NCBI RefSeq assembly: GCF_000485595.1
Contig: NW_014577061.1
Coordinates: 826,365-890,364 of the forward strand
Direction of reading: 5' to 3'
Origin: Priapulus caudatus
Taxonomy: Eukaryota
DNA length: 64,000 nt
The position numbers and the translations under genes are program-made. The notes below the pieces were generated by a model. It was not told where the DNA came from and ran no database searches. It was given only the letters and a program-made list of their open reading frames with translations. Positions 1-11,728 of the stretch are shown piece by piece. Each line of letters begins with the position of its first letter. The first letter of the stretch is position 1.

Positions 1-420
1 ATTCCACTCTTTTACCTCGAGCTTGGAATAGGACAGAAGCTGCGCAAAGGCAGTATAGGAGTGTGGAATGAAATCCATCCATTTCTAGGAGGTGTTGGAA
101 TCTCAAGTTCCATCTTAGGATTTATCCTTGGTGTTTACTACAACGTGATCATAACTTGGTGTCTGTATTACCTGTTTAGCTCATTTCAAAAGCAGCTGCC
201 ATGGGCAGAGTGCCCCGTTGACAGTAGTAACAATAACACAGTTGTGCACGAGTGCCATATCAGCTCAGCAACGTCGTACTATTGGTACCGAGATGCATTG
301 AACATATCGCCGGATATTGAAGAATTTGGTGGAATACAGTGGAAGATGGCTGGATGCCTATGTCTAGCCTGGATTATTGTTCTTTTTTGCATAATGAAGG
401 GGATAAAGTCATCAGGCAAG
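1..420 (+). CDS. SLC6 copy A exon 2 (5' part outside window; TM2-TM4 and EL2)
   Basis: Translates IPLFYLELGIGQ...YYNVII...CIMKGIKSSGK, then donor GTAAGT at 421. Confidence 0.85.
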
Positions 421-592
421 GTAAGTACCTCCAGATGTTTGTTTCTGTTTTGTTATTATTATTATTGTTATTATTATTATTGTTGTTGTTGTTGATATCA
501 CATTTGTGTGCATGTCAATGTTCACCTTATCATCAACTGTTTATTATGTATTCCTGATATAAATGCGTAGAAAAAGACATTAATGATAAAAT

Positions 593-633
593 CAGGAGTG
601 AATAATAATACAGTGTATTATTATTCACTCCTG
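593..633. mobile_element. 41-bp CAGGAGT palindromic micro-element (paralogous copy at 16536-16576)
   Basis: Perfect 20-bp arms; 7-bp direct repeat ATAAAAT on both sides. Confidence 0.75.
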
Positions 634-2536
634 ATAAAATGTTATATAAATATCTATCTATCTATAACTATCATGCAGTACGTAGCTAACTTGAGTGCAT
701 ACACATGCGGTAGACTTATATTTGCAGGCACTCATACGAACACACACACACACATTCACACTAGGTAGGTAGGCTAAGTAGAATGCCTATTAAATTGTTC
801 ATTCATCCGGCCTTGATCAATTATGCATCATTTCCCTCTGCGTCCTTTCTTGTGCATGGTCTATGCCTCTCACCGGCTAGCTAGTTTAATTCCGACGTTC
901 GTATAGCCATGTAAGCAAGATAATTCTTGTTTTCTTCTCAAATGCTTGCTAAATAATTTCGCTGAAAAATGCAGGATGCAAAATTGTCCACTTTGTCCGT
1001 TTTGGCTAATAAATGCTAACTTAGCAAATCTTCTACATATCTAATATGTACACTAATTGTATACATAGATGGAATTACACTATAATAAAATTGTTTTAAC
1101 AAAGTACATGTTTAACCAAACTGGATGGTTGCAACGCTACATAGACCGTTTTGTTAAAAACACGATTTCTCAGTTGGTAAATGAAAATGTCAGTTGTATA
1201 GGATTGGAATACAGATATAAAGTTCAACAAATTCATTTATTATGTTCATTTCATAGTAAATCGTCGACTTCATTTTTAAGTATATGACGCGATCTGACAG
1301 GATAAGCAATGTGCCGCACCCCAGCTCAGTTTTTCAAATGTGTTTTCCATGTTCACCTCGTCTACGATAGCTGTGCTGTCACTGAGGCGGATAATACCTG
1401 TGCTATCCTGTGCTATAAACTGGATGATTGCAACCCTATATAGACCGTTTTGTAAAAAATACGATTTCTCAGTTGGGAAATGAAAATGTCAGTTGTATAG
1501 GATTGGAATACAGATATAAAGTTCTACAAATTCATTTATTATGTTCACTCTATAGTAAAGCGTCGACTTCATTTTTAAGTATATGACGCGATCTGACAGG
1601 ATAATAGTCCAAGATTTTTACCTCAAATATGGCCAAACCCGGACATTTTTCAAAACAAGCTGAATTTTTCAGGATAGGTTCAGAAAAATGTGTAGAATAA
1701 CATACTAAAAGTTCCCGGAAATCCCCCTTGTGCGTTTTCCAGAATCCAAGATGGCGTACAAAATTGCCCCTATTTAGGGTTTTTCCCATAACTCTGGCTC
1801 CAGTCGAGCTAGAAACATGAATTAAATGTTTAATTATATGTTTTAATGCCCAAGGAATCTACTTAGGTACTTTTTGTGAGGTTTAAGGTGATGCAAATAC
1901 CCTAATCCAAGATGGCCGCCATTTTTTAATACTTTGACGTGCCTTTTCCCGCGCCGTACGTGCTCACATCCTCACATCCTCAAGTTTGGTCGCGCTAGGT
2001 CAATTCGGGGCTGAGTTAGAGAGCGGAAGGGAAATATGATCAAGGTCAAGGAAAAGGTGAAATAAAGGTCGCAGTGACCTGGTGGGCAGTTTTCACCCGA
2101 TCTCGGATGATCTTCAAATTTGGCATGAAGGTGCGTTATGGTAAAGCGAAGACGCCAATCGTTTTTGGTGTGGGCGGAGTCATCGTTGCCATGGTAACAA
2201 CATTTTTGTGGAAATATTGTAGAACCTGTAACTTGTGCTGTTTTTACCCGATTGTCATGGAATTTGGCACACAGGGCCGATATAACTGTAACGACGAAGA
2301 TGACGTTACCCGTTTAAATGTAGATCGGTTGTAGCGATGAATATTGAAACTCCAAACTCCAAGCAGTAGTGTTCAGCAAAATAGTATATTGTTTCTCAAA
2401 CCACATATGCTCGCACAGAGGCACGCAGACGCGTGCCTCGCGCACTCCCGTCCGATCAATATATATAGTGTATTCATTCTTAATGAGTCCTTCTAAATCG
2501 AGATATTTTACTATGTTATTTCATTTTGAATTTCAG

Positions 2537-2699
2537 ATTTTCCAATGATCTTGAAACAATGGTGGGTAAAAAGCCAGGGCTCTATTGGAATATGACATGG
2601 AGGTTTTTCAGCCCCGCAATCATGGTTGTTGTGTTCGTGGCAAGCATTATCAGCATATCGCTTAACCAAATGACCTACAGTGCCTATAATACAACAATG
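2537..2699 (+). CDS. SLC6 copy A exon 8 (TM11)
   Basis: tttcag acceptor and GTATGT donor; FSNDLETMVGKKPGLYWNMTWRFFSP...; same peptide as the copy B exon. Confidence 0.8.
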
Positions 2700-2774
2700 G
2701 TATGTGTACTTCTCTGAAGGTCATACCTGTACATAAGGGTTACTCAAGGGTAATGTCAAAAGATGCATTCATAG

Positions 2775-2810
2775 CAGGAGTAGATAAAGGGATCCCTTTA
2801 TCTACTCCTG
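2775..2810. mobile_element. 36-bp perfect palindrome insertion with 8-bp TSD
   Basis: CAGGAGTAGATAAAGGGA|TCCCTTTATCTACTCCTG flanked by ATTCATAG twice; empty site near 39028-39035. Confidence 0.9.
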
Positions 2811-3043
2811 ATTCATAGACAGGTGACTGTCTTTAAAGGTGGTCTCACTGTATAATTGCCATTCAAGGAAATTGTTAAATGAATCCCTTTCAGACAAGTA
2901 GTAAGACTGTATCAGTTCTTCCAATGTGATAACCCACATGACCTTTTTGCCATCTTAATCCTATCAGTTGATATCAGTTTAATCCTAAACGTAGTCGCTA
3001 CAAATGCATTTTTTGTTAAAATTCATACATTTGTTTTTCATAG

Positions 3044-3283
3044 GCCATGGTGGAGGAGAAGCCTTACCCTGTATCAGTGGTTGTGTTTTCGGTCTTGCTT
3101 GCCCTGTCCAGCTGTATTCCTATACCACTGGTTGCCGTGCTGCGCTTCTTCAATATCATGAAAGTGGAATCGAATATACCAGTCAGTGTGAAGCGATTGA
3201 ACACAACGCAGTCGACCGCGGCCATAGTGGGGGGAGAAAACACTTTCGAATACTACGATGATGACTTGGAAGAAAATTACTAG
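3044..3283 (+). CDS. SLC6 copy A terminal exon 9 (TM12 and C-tail)
   Basis: catag acceptor; AMVEEKPYP...DDDLEENY*. Confidence 0.8.
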   Translation, partial: AMVEEKPYPVSVVVFSVLLALSSCIPIPLVAVLRFFNIMKVESNIPVSVKRLNTTQSTAAIVGGENTFEYYDDDLEENY

Positions 3284-5949
3284 GTAAGATTTCATAGATG
3301 TTTCCATTTTGCGTGTATTAATAAGGAGTATATGCCACATTTGTCTATTTTTGCCAGCCAGTGATTCCATGATAGAGCCATCCCACTCGGCAATGTAAAA
3401 ATGGACCTGTAGCAGATCATTGTTTAAATTACTTCCGTAGCCTCACCACTTACAGAAGAGCACATAGGCCATTGATGAAACCTCTCCATGCAGGGCATCC
3501 CATCCAGCGCATTCCTGTCCAGCTCATTTCACCCTATGCCAATATTCTTGGCATCTGCCTCCATCTTTCCTCTCCAGGTATTGTGTAGGTTTTCATTTCC
3601 CCCCTTTCCTTTTCATTGTGGCTTCCAGAATAAAGGTTCCCCGGGCGAGGAATTAATAGTAGGAGTGGCTTATCAAGCTCTATCTTCAAATCTCTTTCAC
3701 TGACACTTGGTTGGTTTACCCCCAAAGGTCTATGTAACTGACATTGTCTGTCCAAGAACTCAATTCTTATCCGAAGGATATATCTCACGCACGTTGCCAA
3801 AGATTTTGGTGTATATTATTGCTATTGTCATCTCTAATGTTTCTGAGCCGCAGAGAAGTAGTAGCTTGACACTTTAATTTAAACTTCATAACGTCGTTTG
3901 CGTATTTCTCAAAGTTCCATATGTTCCTCATAATCTATGCCAATGTTTTTTAATTCTGTTCTCATCGTCCTCATTGGTTCCGATTTGCTTGCTGATTACA
4001 CCAGAAGACTGGAATTTCAACACGCCACAATGGGTGTAGTTCTCACTTGCCACGTCGCGTTTAAAATTAGCTAGTAATACAAAAGAAATTATGTGGCTCG
4101 TGTAGCTTGTTTGCCCCACTTATTAGTTCCATGTTGTGCATGTATACCTCCTTTTTCGTACATCGTGAGTACTCGTGATTACTAATGTTTACTATTCTGC
4201 TCCTCAAACTTTCTGTGGCACTCTGAAATTTCTGGTTAAATCTAAAGGCACAGTTGTCATGTCCTAAAAATAATTAAAGTTCCACACCCTGCACTGCATA
4301 GGTAGATGAAGGAGCTGACGTTCTCCTATGGCTAATCTGTGATGTTAGAAATACCTGTTTATTCTATTTAAGAAGTTACGTAAAAGTACTGTATGTAGTA
4401 TCTTATCCCAGATTCAGTAGCGATAATTTACTAATTTCGTATGATTGAGTTTCTGTATCCCGAGTTTAGTAGGCATATAATTCACAAATTGTGTGAGGGC
4501 AAATTTCCTTAGCTCGAGTTTCCATAACATGGTGTACATACTGTAAACCCGTTCCGTGTTTCTTTTGGCTGCTTCCACTTCTCTCTCAGGGTTATCACAA
4601 ATATCTTTCTATCAGCTCTCATGTTACCCCTCATTGTTCTATTTTCCGTTGCATCATTTCCTGTGCTCTTGCTTTCTCTGCACGGTATTAGGTGTTATGG
4701 TTATCACTAGAGTTGATAATTCAGGATTTTTTTTCACAATTGATGTGCAGTAAATTGCTTAAACCTGCCGCCTAACAGATTTTTTTATGACAATAACACT
4801 GCTACGCACAATCATTTCAGCGTAGAGTGTCAATAATGTTGAAGCTAAAGCTGCTAAGTTAACATATGTTGTGCCAAAAATATAGTACAATACAGTGATG
4901 ATAGCTTACGCTACTGGTTTCAGTATCTCTAGGAGCCCATATTGCCAAGAGTAATTGGAAACTGTGAAGAAAGTTACACATCAACACTGAAGCATAAAGT
5001 TATTGCGACGTCATCGAATCTCAGTTTGTAGAGCTATACATTTAAGTATAATGTTAGCGTTTTAATTCATGAAGTAATAATTGTATGCAAAAATTCATAT
5101 TATGAGGTTATGTTTATGTAGGATTTCAACTACTGCACGTACATAAGCAGTGCACTTTGCAAAGGAAACGGAGGGTATGGTATACACACATGGTACTAGT
5201 CATCTATGCATGCTATTAGTATATATATGATATTATATGTGATTTGCGGCTAATATGCCAATGCGGATAAGTATGTATATTCTTCTATATCTTTGATGTA
5301 AAGAACGTTGAAATACTTATATTATGTATTACTAACCGTGACAAGGTTCTTACAGTATTGAAAAGATACTAAGACGATGAAGCAATAATAATCGTAAGAA
5401 AACATAGTAAGCTTGTTGGAAACGGAGCTTGACTGCTTACCCAAATTTGTTGCTATGAATGATATCAGGAGAACATAAACGCCGATTGGTAGTTTGAAGT
5501 AGTAGCAAAGTTAGTAGAAATGTCATGGTGGCGGTTGGATGATTTGGATATATATTATATATATATATATATATATAAGTTAATGCGGGTCCTCCCCCAG
5601 AAAATTTTGAATCCCCTATTTTCCTCCTGAAAGTAGGGGGGGATGATTGTACACGCCCCATCTATCCCATCCCCCCGCTATCTACGCCCACAGTATATAA
5701 ATAGGATATGTTACACTAAGGGGGCCTATGTATGTATATAGATAGGATATGCTATACTATGTATGTATATAGATAGGACGCAAATATGTCGGCGACCTAT
5801 CGCCCAAAAGAAATGACGAAGAGCCGACGTTAAGCATTCAAGATGCAGGGTGCTATGTCTACAGGAGGTGCGCATTGCAGATCGCGGCCTCGCTACTTCG
5901 ATGTGGCGGCAATGCCCTGTCTTAGGTCGCTTGCTATACTAATGTGTGT

Positions 5950-7620
5950 AACGTCGCCGGTCGCTGTGGACAGCTATAGGATAATTTTCTTCGGCCGATC
6001 TAAAGCCCGGCGCACACGTGAGTAATTTTACTCAGTAAAATGATGCATGTGTCAAAATACTCACGTGTGCTTTTACTTGAGTTTTCTGACGCGTGCATCA
6101 AGAAACTTAATATCAAACATGTTTGATAATTTTTTACTCACGCGTCAAAATGCTCAACGTGTGCGCGCTAGCTGCGCAAATTCACTCAACACTGGTACTC
6201 ACAGCGGATGCGTTTAAATCATTTTAAAGATATGGCTGCGCCCAGTATAGATAGACTTGGATGTTTTATCGGAATTCAAATTGGTGGATTTTTGGCCCGA
6301 TTATGAATGCTTATACGTCGTTAGTAGCCCAGATTTTAAAGATAGGGAGAAAAGGGAGCAAGCATTTCAAGATCTCGCGGCTAGAGTTGAAATAATAACA
6401 TTTCTTCATCTTCGGAGGCAGACGATCTATCGGTACCCGCCATGTTGTACAGTCACGTGATCTACATTACCACTGATACCTTGAGTAATTTTACTCACGT
6501 GTGCGCCGTCGCTGAAAATATTTCACGTGAGTATTTTGACGCATGCATCATTTGACTGAGTAAAATTACTCACGTGTTCGCCGGGCTTTATACGCTCATC
6601 TAGACAGGGCGAGCCCATGGCACGTGTGCATGGTAAAATCCGATCCACAAAATTCACTGATTCAGCATCGCGCAACGATTTCCCACCTATATCCTAATGT
6701 AGGCCTACATATAGCATTAGCGCTCGTAACGTCGGTCGCCGTTGACAGCCAAGATAATTATATTTCTTCCGCCGATCTCATACGCTCAAACTTGACAGGG
6801 ACAGGGCCCACGGCACGTGTGCATGGACAAATCCAATCTACAAAATTCACTTTGCTCGCAGCATCACGCCACGTTTCCCCACCTATGCTAATGTGCATAG
6901 GAATGGCCGCGTGACGTCGGTCGCCGTTGACAGCCAAGATAATTATATTTCTTCCGCCGATCTCATACGCTCAAACTTGACAGGGACAGGGCCCACGGCA
7001 CGTGTGCATGGACAAATCCAATCTACAAAATTCACTTTGCTCGCAGCATCACGCCACGTTTCCCCACCTATGCTAATGTGCATAGGAATGGCCGCGTGAC
7101 GTCGGTCGCCGTTGACAGCCAGCATAATTTTCTTCGGTCGATCTCATACGTTCAAACTGGACACGGGCGGGCCGACGGCACTCGTGCATGGTAAAACCCG
7201 ATGTACATTATGCACGTTGCTCGCAGCATCGTGCCACTGTTTCTTCTATGCTAGTGTAGGCTACATGAAAATGGCGCTCGTAACGCCAGTCGCCGTTGAC
7301 AGTCAAGGTAATTTTCTTCCGCCGATCTCATATACGCACCAACTGGAAAGTGTCGGGACCGCGGTACGTGTGCATGGTCAAATCGAATTTACAAAATTCA
7401 CTTTTCTCGCAGCACTGCGCCACGGTTCGCACCTATATGATAATGTACATGAAAACGGCGCTCGGACGTCGGTCGCCGTTGACAGTCGAAATACTTTTCT
7501 CCGCCCAATCTCATACGTTCAATCCGGACATGGGCGGACCAACGGGACGTGTGCATGGTAAAATCCGATCTACAAAATTCAATTTGCTCGCAGCAGCGCG
7601 CCACGGCTCCTACCTATTCC
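5950..7620 (+). repeat. ~185-bp tandem satellite (about 5-6 units; related unit near 8600-8810)
   Basis: Motif GTCGGTCGCCGTTGACAG recurs at 6731, 6916, 7101 and, with variants, near 7285 and 7468; two adjacent units are essentially identical. Confidence 0.9.
6004..6587 (+). mobile_element. PIF/Harbinger deletion derivative carrying a MADF-domain fragment
   Basis: About 60-bp TIRs AGCCCGGCGCACACGTGAG..., TAA/TTA flanks. Internal ORF 6257-6460 (LVDFWPDYECLYVVSSPDFKDREKREQAFQDLA) resembles a MADF domain. Confidence 0.8.
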
Positions 7621-7627
7621 ACTTGAC

Positions 7628-7711
7628 TGGTACCCGTCCCTTCTCACACGCTCGATATAGGAGCGATATAGGAGCTCCCTATATCGAGCGTGTGAGAAGG
7701 GATGGGTACCA
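7628..7711. repeat. ~84-bp hairpin / small MITE
   Basis: TGGTACCCGTCCCTTCTCACACGCTCGATATAGG and its near-perfect inverse. Confidence 0.7.
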
Positions 7712-7854
7712 TGCAGACAACTATTCCACCGGTTCCAGAGTGGTGCCAGAATCCGGCAGCAATAAAGGGAGTTAATGCCATACTTTGGCGTAGAATACGG
7801 GGGAACTTGATAGACAGCGCACGTCAGATGTTGACAAACATTTACTCATATTAT

Positions 7855-7892
7855 CAGAAGTTTATATTATTATCTATTATTATACACTCCTG
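7855..7892. mobile_element. Degenerate CAGGAGT-family micro-element
   Basis: CAGAAGT...ACTCCTG with 7-bp TSD ATATTAT. Confidence 0.6.
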
Positions 7893-8223
7893 ATATTATC
7901 TGGTTTGGCAGACCACATACATAATAATCTACACTGGTCAGAGCGCTATCAAAATTGATACGCGTGCTCTATCTACATTTATCAAACATAATGGGTATTG
8001 AAATTTTGACAAAATTTCACCTATAACCCTGAATGTATCCGTAAGCAAAACTCAGTACCTAACATGCTCTGTGGGAGATTTGAAGAACGGCAAATCTGGC
8101 GGTTTTTTCTCTGAGATATAGCAGTCGTTTACTGCACTGTAGTAACCACAATGGCTTTGAACCGATGCCAATTTTAGTAGTTGGCCGCTTCATTCGCCAA
8201 GGGCAGAACCATCAAACCACTTA

Positions 8224-8490
8224 AGGCCACCGCACACCAGCCGATTTTTACAAACGATGAAACGATGAAGCGATGAAACGATGAAACGATGAAGCGATGA
8301 AACGATGAAACGATGAAGCGATGTAGGTGTGCGGGGAACACCTACGATAATTTCTGCAAGGTGAATGTCATGTGACACGGGCACGTTCAGCTATTGGCTG
8401 TTCAATATTTATCGCACACGATTTTCCTGAGGTCACGCGCACACCACAAAATCGCGTCCAAATAATCGGTTCAAAATCAAACATGTTTTA
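8224..8490. mobile_element. Partial Harbinger-type MITE related to 55197-55650, with an 8-bp (A/G)CGATGAA array
   Basis: Terminus TTA-AGGCCACCGCACACCAGCCGA; shares GAATGTCATGTGACACGGGCACGTTCAGCTATTGG with ~55370. Confidence 0.65.
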
Positions 8491-9397
8491 ACAAGCAGGG
8501 TATAGGAAGTGTCCAGTATGTGTATTCCTTAGTCTGTGATAATGCTTTTCAGCCAAACTTACGCGCCTAAAAAAGGGAACATGCTCGAAGTGGATGTGCA
8601 TGTTAAAGCTTATTTTAGAATTTCACTTTTGCTGCAGCATCCCGCCATTCCCTGCCGCTATGCTAAAGTACATGAGCAATGGCGCGCGGGTCGCTCGCCA
8701 TCCACACAATGCTGACGACTTATCATACGGACTTTTTACAAGACAATGCTTGTCAGCCGATCTTACGCGCTTAAAAAGCCAGAGGCATGGCCGAATGAGA
8801 TGTGCATGGCAAGGTTGGTAGCTGCCCCCACATTTTGGAACCAAATAAAAATATAAACTTATGTTATAATTGTAAACCCAATAATGGCTGCAATACATAA
8901 TGGAACAAAGTTGCAATTTACAGAAACGGGTTCAAATTACAAAAACACAATTATCGCTTCAGCCTAACTTTATCCTACATATGCATATGTACATGCATAC
9001 GATTTTTTATTTCGTGAGGAGTTTACACCTTCCTAGGAATTTGGAATACAAGAATAAAATCATCATCTGAGCTTAGCCAGGAGCTAATGATATGTATGTA
9101 TATATATATCAGGTCTGTAGCTAACCCATTTTGCCTTGGGGCAAAGCCACGTGCGTTGTGTGTTCCAGGACGGTGATGGCCAATGACCGTGTATTGTATC
9201 TAATTTCGCCCTTATATATATATATANNNNNNNNNNCGAATATATTTCTTTGTATTCCTCGCAGGTCTAATTTTAGAGCTTGGTAATTTAAGCTTCATAA
9301 AAAAGCCCCTCGAGTATATACATATTGGCAGAGTTGTTTTGATACGGCAACTAAATTAAAGCGTGTGCAATTATTTCATGGTTGTGTTCTTCTTAGG

Positions 9398-9595
9398 CAG
9401 GGGTTCTTAACATGTGGTCCATAGACCCCTTTGCGGTCCGTGAATGGGCTTCAGGGGGTCCGTGAACCAGGCGCATAAAAATTATTTAAAATTTAGGTTC
9501 GCTAGCTGCTTATGTGCACTTTTCTGGGGAGGGGTCCGTAGGTTTCACCAGATTTTCAAAGGGGTCCATGACTCAAAAAAGGTTAAGAACCACTG
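9398..9595. mobile_element. hAT/Charlie-like MITE (noisy paralogue at ~42048-42261)
   Basis: TIR CAGGGGTTCTTAAC / GTTAAGAACCACTG; imperfect 8-bp TSD TTCTTAGG/TTCTAAGA. Confidence 0.75.
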
Positions 9596-10649
9596 TTCTA
9601 AGAGCTTTTTCTATCGGGTGTGTAATACGGGGCGAAGGCCATTCTATGGTTGTAGACTATTGCTGATGCATAAGAGTGTAAAGTAATTGTTATTTGAGCA
9701 ATGTCAATCTGTGTGTGTCAATTGTTATTCCTTCAGATGCTGGCTCAATTTGATTATATCCATAAAAGTATTTGTGTAATACTGCGGGCCCGTATTGCTT
9801 CACGCTTCCCGTGCTCTGTCGCAAACACCACAATTTACATACACAGTATCTTATCATATTACAATAATGCCATAATGTAATATAATGCATTTAATGCCAT
9901 TTTACATTAATGAGGCATCTTATGCCACACTGTACTTGTAATAAAGATATTATCTCACATTACTTACAATCGTGACATCGTATATGTCACCATGACACTT
10001 ACCATTTCTGCTATGAAACATATTTTAAGTCACGCTACGCTAGATTAGAGGTATGTGTCTAGTGACATATATTATATACATATCACGTCAAGCTCGTCAC
10101 AAGTTGTTTCGCAATCAACGTTTAATCCTGGTAACTTAATGACTTGGTCATTACTAGTCACTTAATGACTTATCACATGCGACATTTGTTGTTACACAAA
10201 CCAGTTAGACATATATGCTACAGCACTACGCTTTGTGTGATTTGCGCGCTGTGTAATTTCACGGTGAAAGGTAAATGTGATATCTCTAGCACTGATTGCA
10301 CAGGTGGAGGTTTCTTTACAATGTAAGAATATTTAACATTTTAACACATATGGCCCTATAAGCTTATGATACGTCAACGAATAATAGTTAATAATTTGAG
10401 GGACCGAAAACTTCTATGTGACGACTTGAAGAACGTCTTAAATATTACATTTACTAAGGAACCAAACGTTCATTTGGAGTAAGGATGCGTAATATAAGTT
10501 TAGGTATACAGTTTTTATTCGTGTTTGATATGTCAATTTCGGTGATTTCTTTGCTATAACTAACTTGTGTGGGCTCCACTAACATTTCTGCTGTCACAAG
10601 ATGATAAATAGTGGACCCCCCCCCCCCTGTACACGCCCCTGACTACAGT

Positions 10650-11421
10650 ACTACAACGGGTTCCACTCCGTTGTCCTCATGGCGCTCATGGATGCTGATT
10701 ACAAGTTTATCTGGGCAGACATCGGCGGTATGGGATCAGCATCAGACGCTCAGATCTACAATGCCTCTGAGCTGAATGAATGCGTTGAAGATGGTAGTCT
10801 AGGCTTCCCTGATCCCGATCCTCTTCCCAACGACAACCAGGATGTGCCCTACATTCTTCGTAGGCGACGATGGCTAAGGCCTTTGCCCTACGACCCAACA
10901 TGATGAAGCCGTACAGCCTCCGGGGTATGACGCGGCCGGAGCGCATCTTGAACTACCGGCTTTCCCGAGCCAGGAGGGTCGTAGAAAATGCCTTCGGCAT
11001 CCTGACCAACCGTTTCCAAGTTCTCCTGAGCACGATGCAGCAGCAGCCCGGGACCGTCAAGCTCATTGTCACAGCATGCATGACCGCTGCCGTTCGCTGG
11101 CTGTGCGTTGAATGCGCGGTGCATGCGCGGACCATTCGTTCCGTGCGCTAGCAACAAGCTGTGCATTCGTTGGATTTTTTAACATGTGCGCCCTGTATAC
11201 GCTCTGTATGCGCTCTGTATGCGCCCTGTATACGCGCAGCGCGCTAGCAACACGGTGTGCATTCGTTGTCAACTCGCTAGCTTCTCCCAAATCCTGACAA
11301 AAGTTGGGCGCACAACGACACACTGATCTTATTTTCCATTTTTCAATGCGCGGGCCGTGCGTCGCGTATGTGTGACCATAGATATATATCTTCTCTTCTA
11401 TATCTATGGTGTGACTGGGCC
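10650..11421 (+). mobile_element. Decayed PIF/Harbinger transposase fragment (HARBI1-like DDE) and element 3' end
   Basis: HSVVLMALMDADYKFIWADIGGMGSASDAQIY...PDPDPLP and MMKPYS...ERILNYRLSRARRVVENAFGILTNRFQVL, broken by a frameshift and a stop. Confidence 0.9.
11377..11408. mobile_element. 32-bp CATAG...CTATG micro-element
   Basis: 10-bp TIR CATAGATATA; 7-bp TSD GTGTGAC. Confidence 0.7.
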
Positions 11422-11728
11422 ATAAATGACGACATCTTCTCGCAGCCAACCAGCGAGCGAGTCAGTCGTGATTGGTTGAAACATCTATGGTTGAAATGAT
11501 ATCGACGGAATGCTAACGCGCTGCACGAGATTCACGCCAGCACGCGTTCGTCGCATTTGTTGAGGTAGCAATCACTGACTGCATCAGCTTCGTTTGGTCT
11601 GTTGATACTTTACAGTTTACTACACGCCCACATCATACATGATCTGGTGGCAGCGTACAGACCAAGAAAGCTATTAATTGTGATTAATGTAAACGTTTCT
11701 TTCCGTGTGTATAAAATAACTTGGTAAA

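Larger units (their letters stand above)
1..3283 (+). pseudogene. SLC6 transporter copy A: internally deleted duplicate of copy B (exon 2 <1-420, exon 8 2537-2699, exon 9 3044-3283; exons 3-7 absent)
   Basis: 1-420 matches 15938-16357, 2537-2699 matches 38808-38970 and 3044-3283 matches 39261-39500, with splice sites intact. No exon 3-7 sequence lies between 421 and 2536. Joining exon 2 (phase 0) to exon 8 (phase 2) reads ATT TTC CAA TGA, an immediate stop. Confidence 0.75.
2460..10613 (+). repeat. Segmental duplication: 3' part and downstream flank of copy A, paralogous to 38730-43306
   Basis: 2460-5580 aligns by eye to 38730-41860, and 9237-10613 aligns to 41877-43306. Homology ends at aagatgataaatagtg. 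Confidence 0.9.

Noticed and set aside
3074..3370. Antisense 98-aa ORF conserved in both A and B
   Set aside because: It is a shadow of exon 9, and its conservation is explained by the recent duplication.
5950..7620. Regularly spaced repeats suggestive of a CRISPR array
   Set aside because: Whole ~185-bp units are repeated with no unique spacers, there are no cas genes, and the context is eukaryotic.
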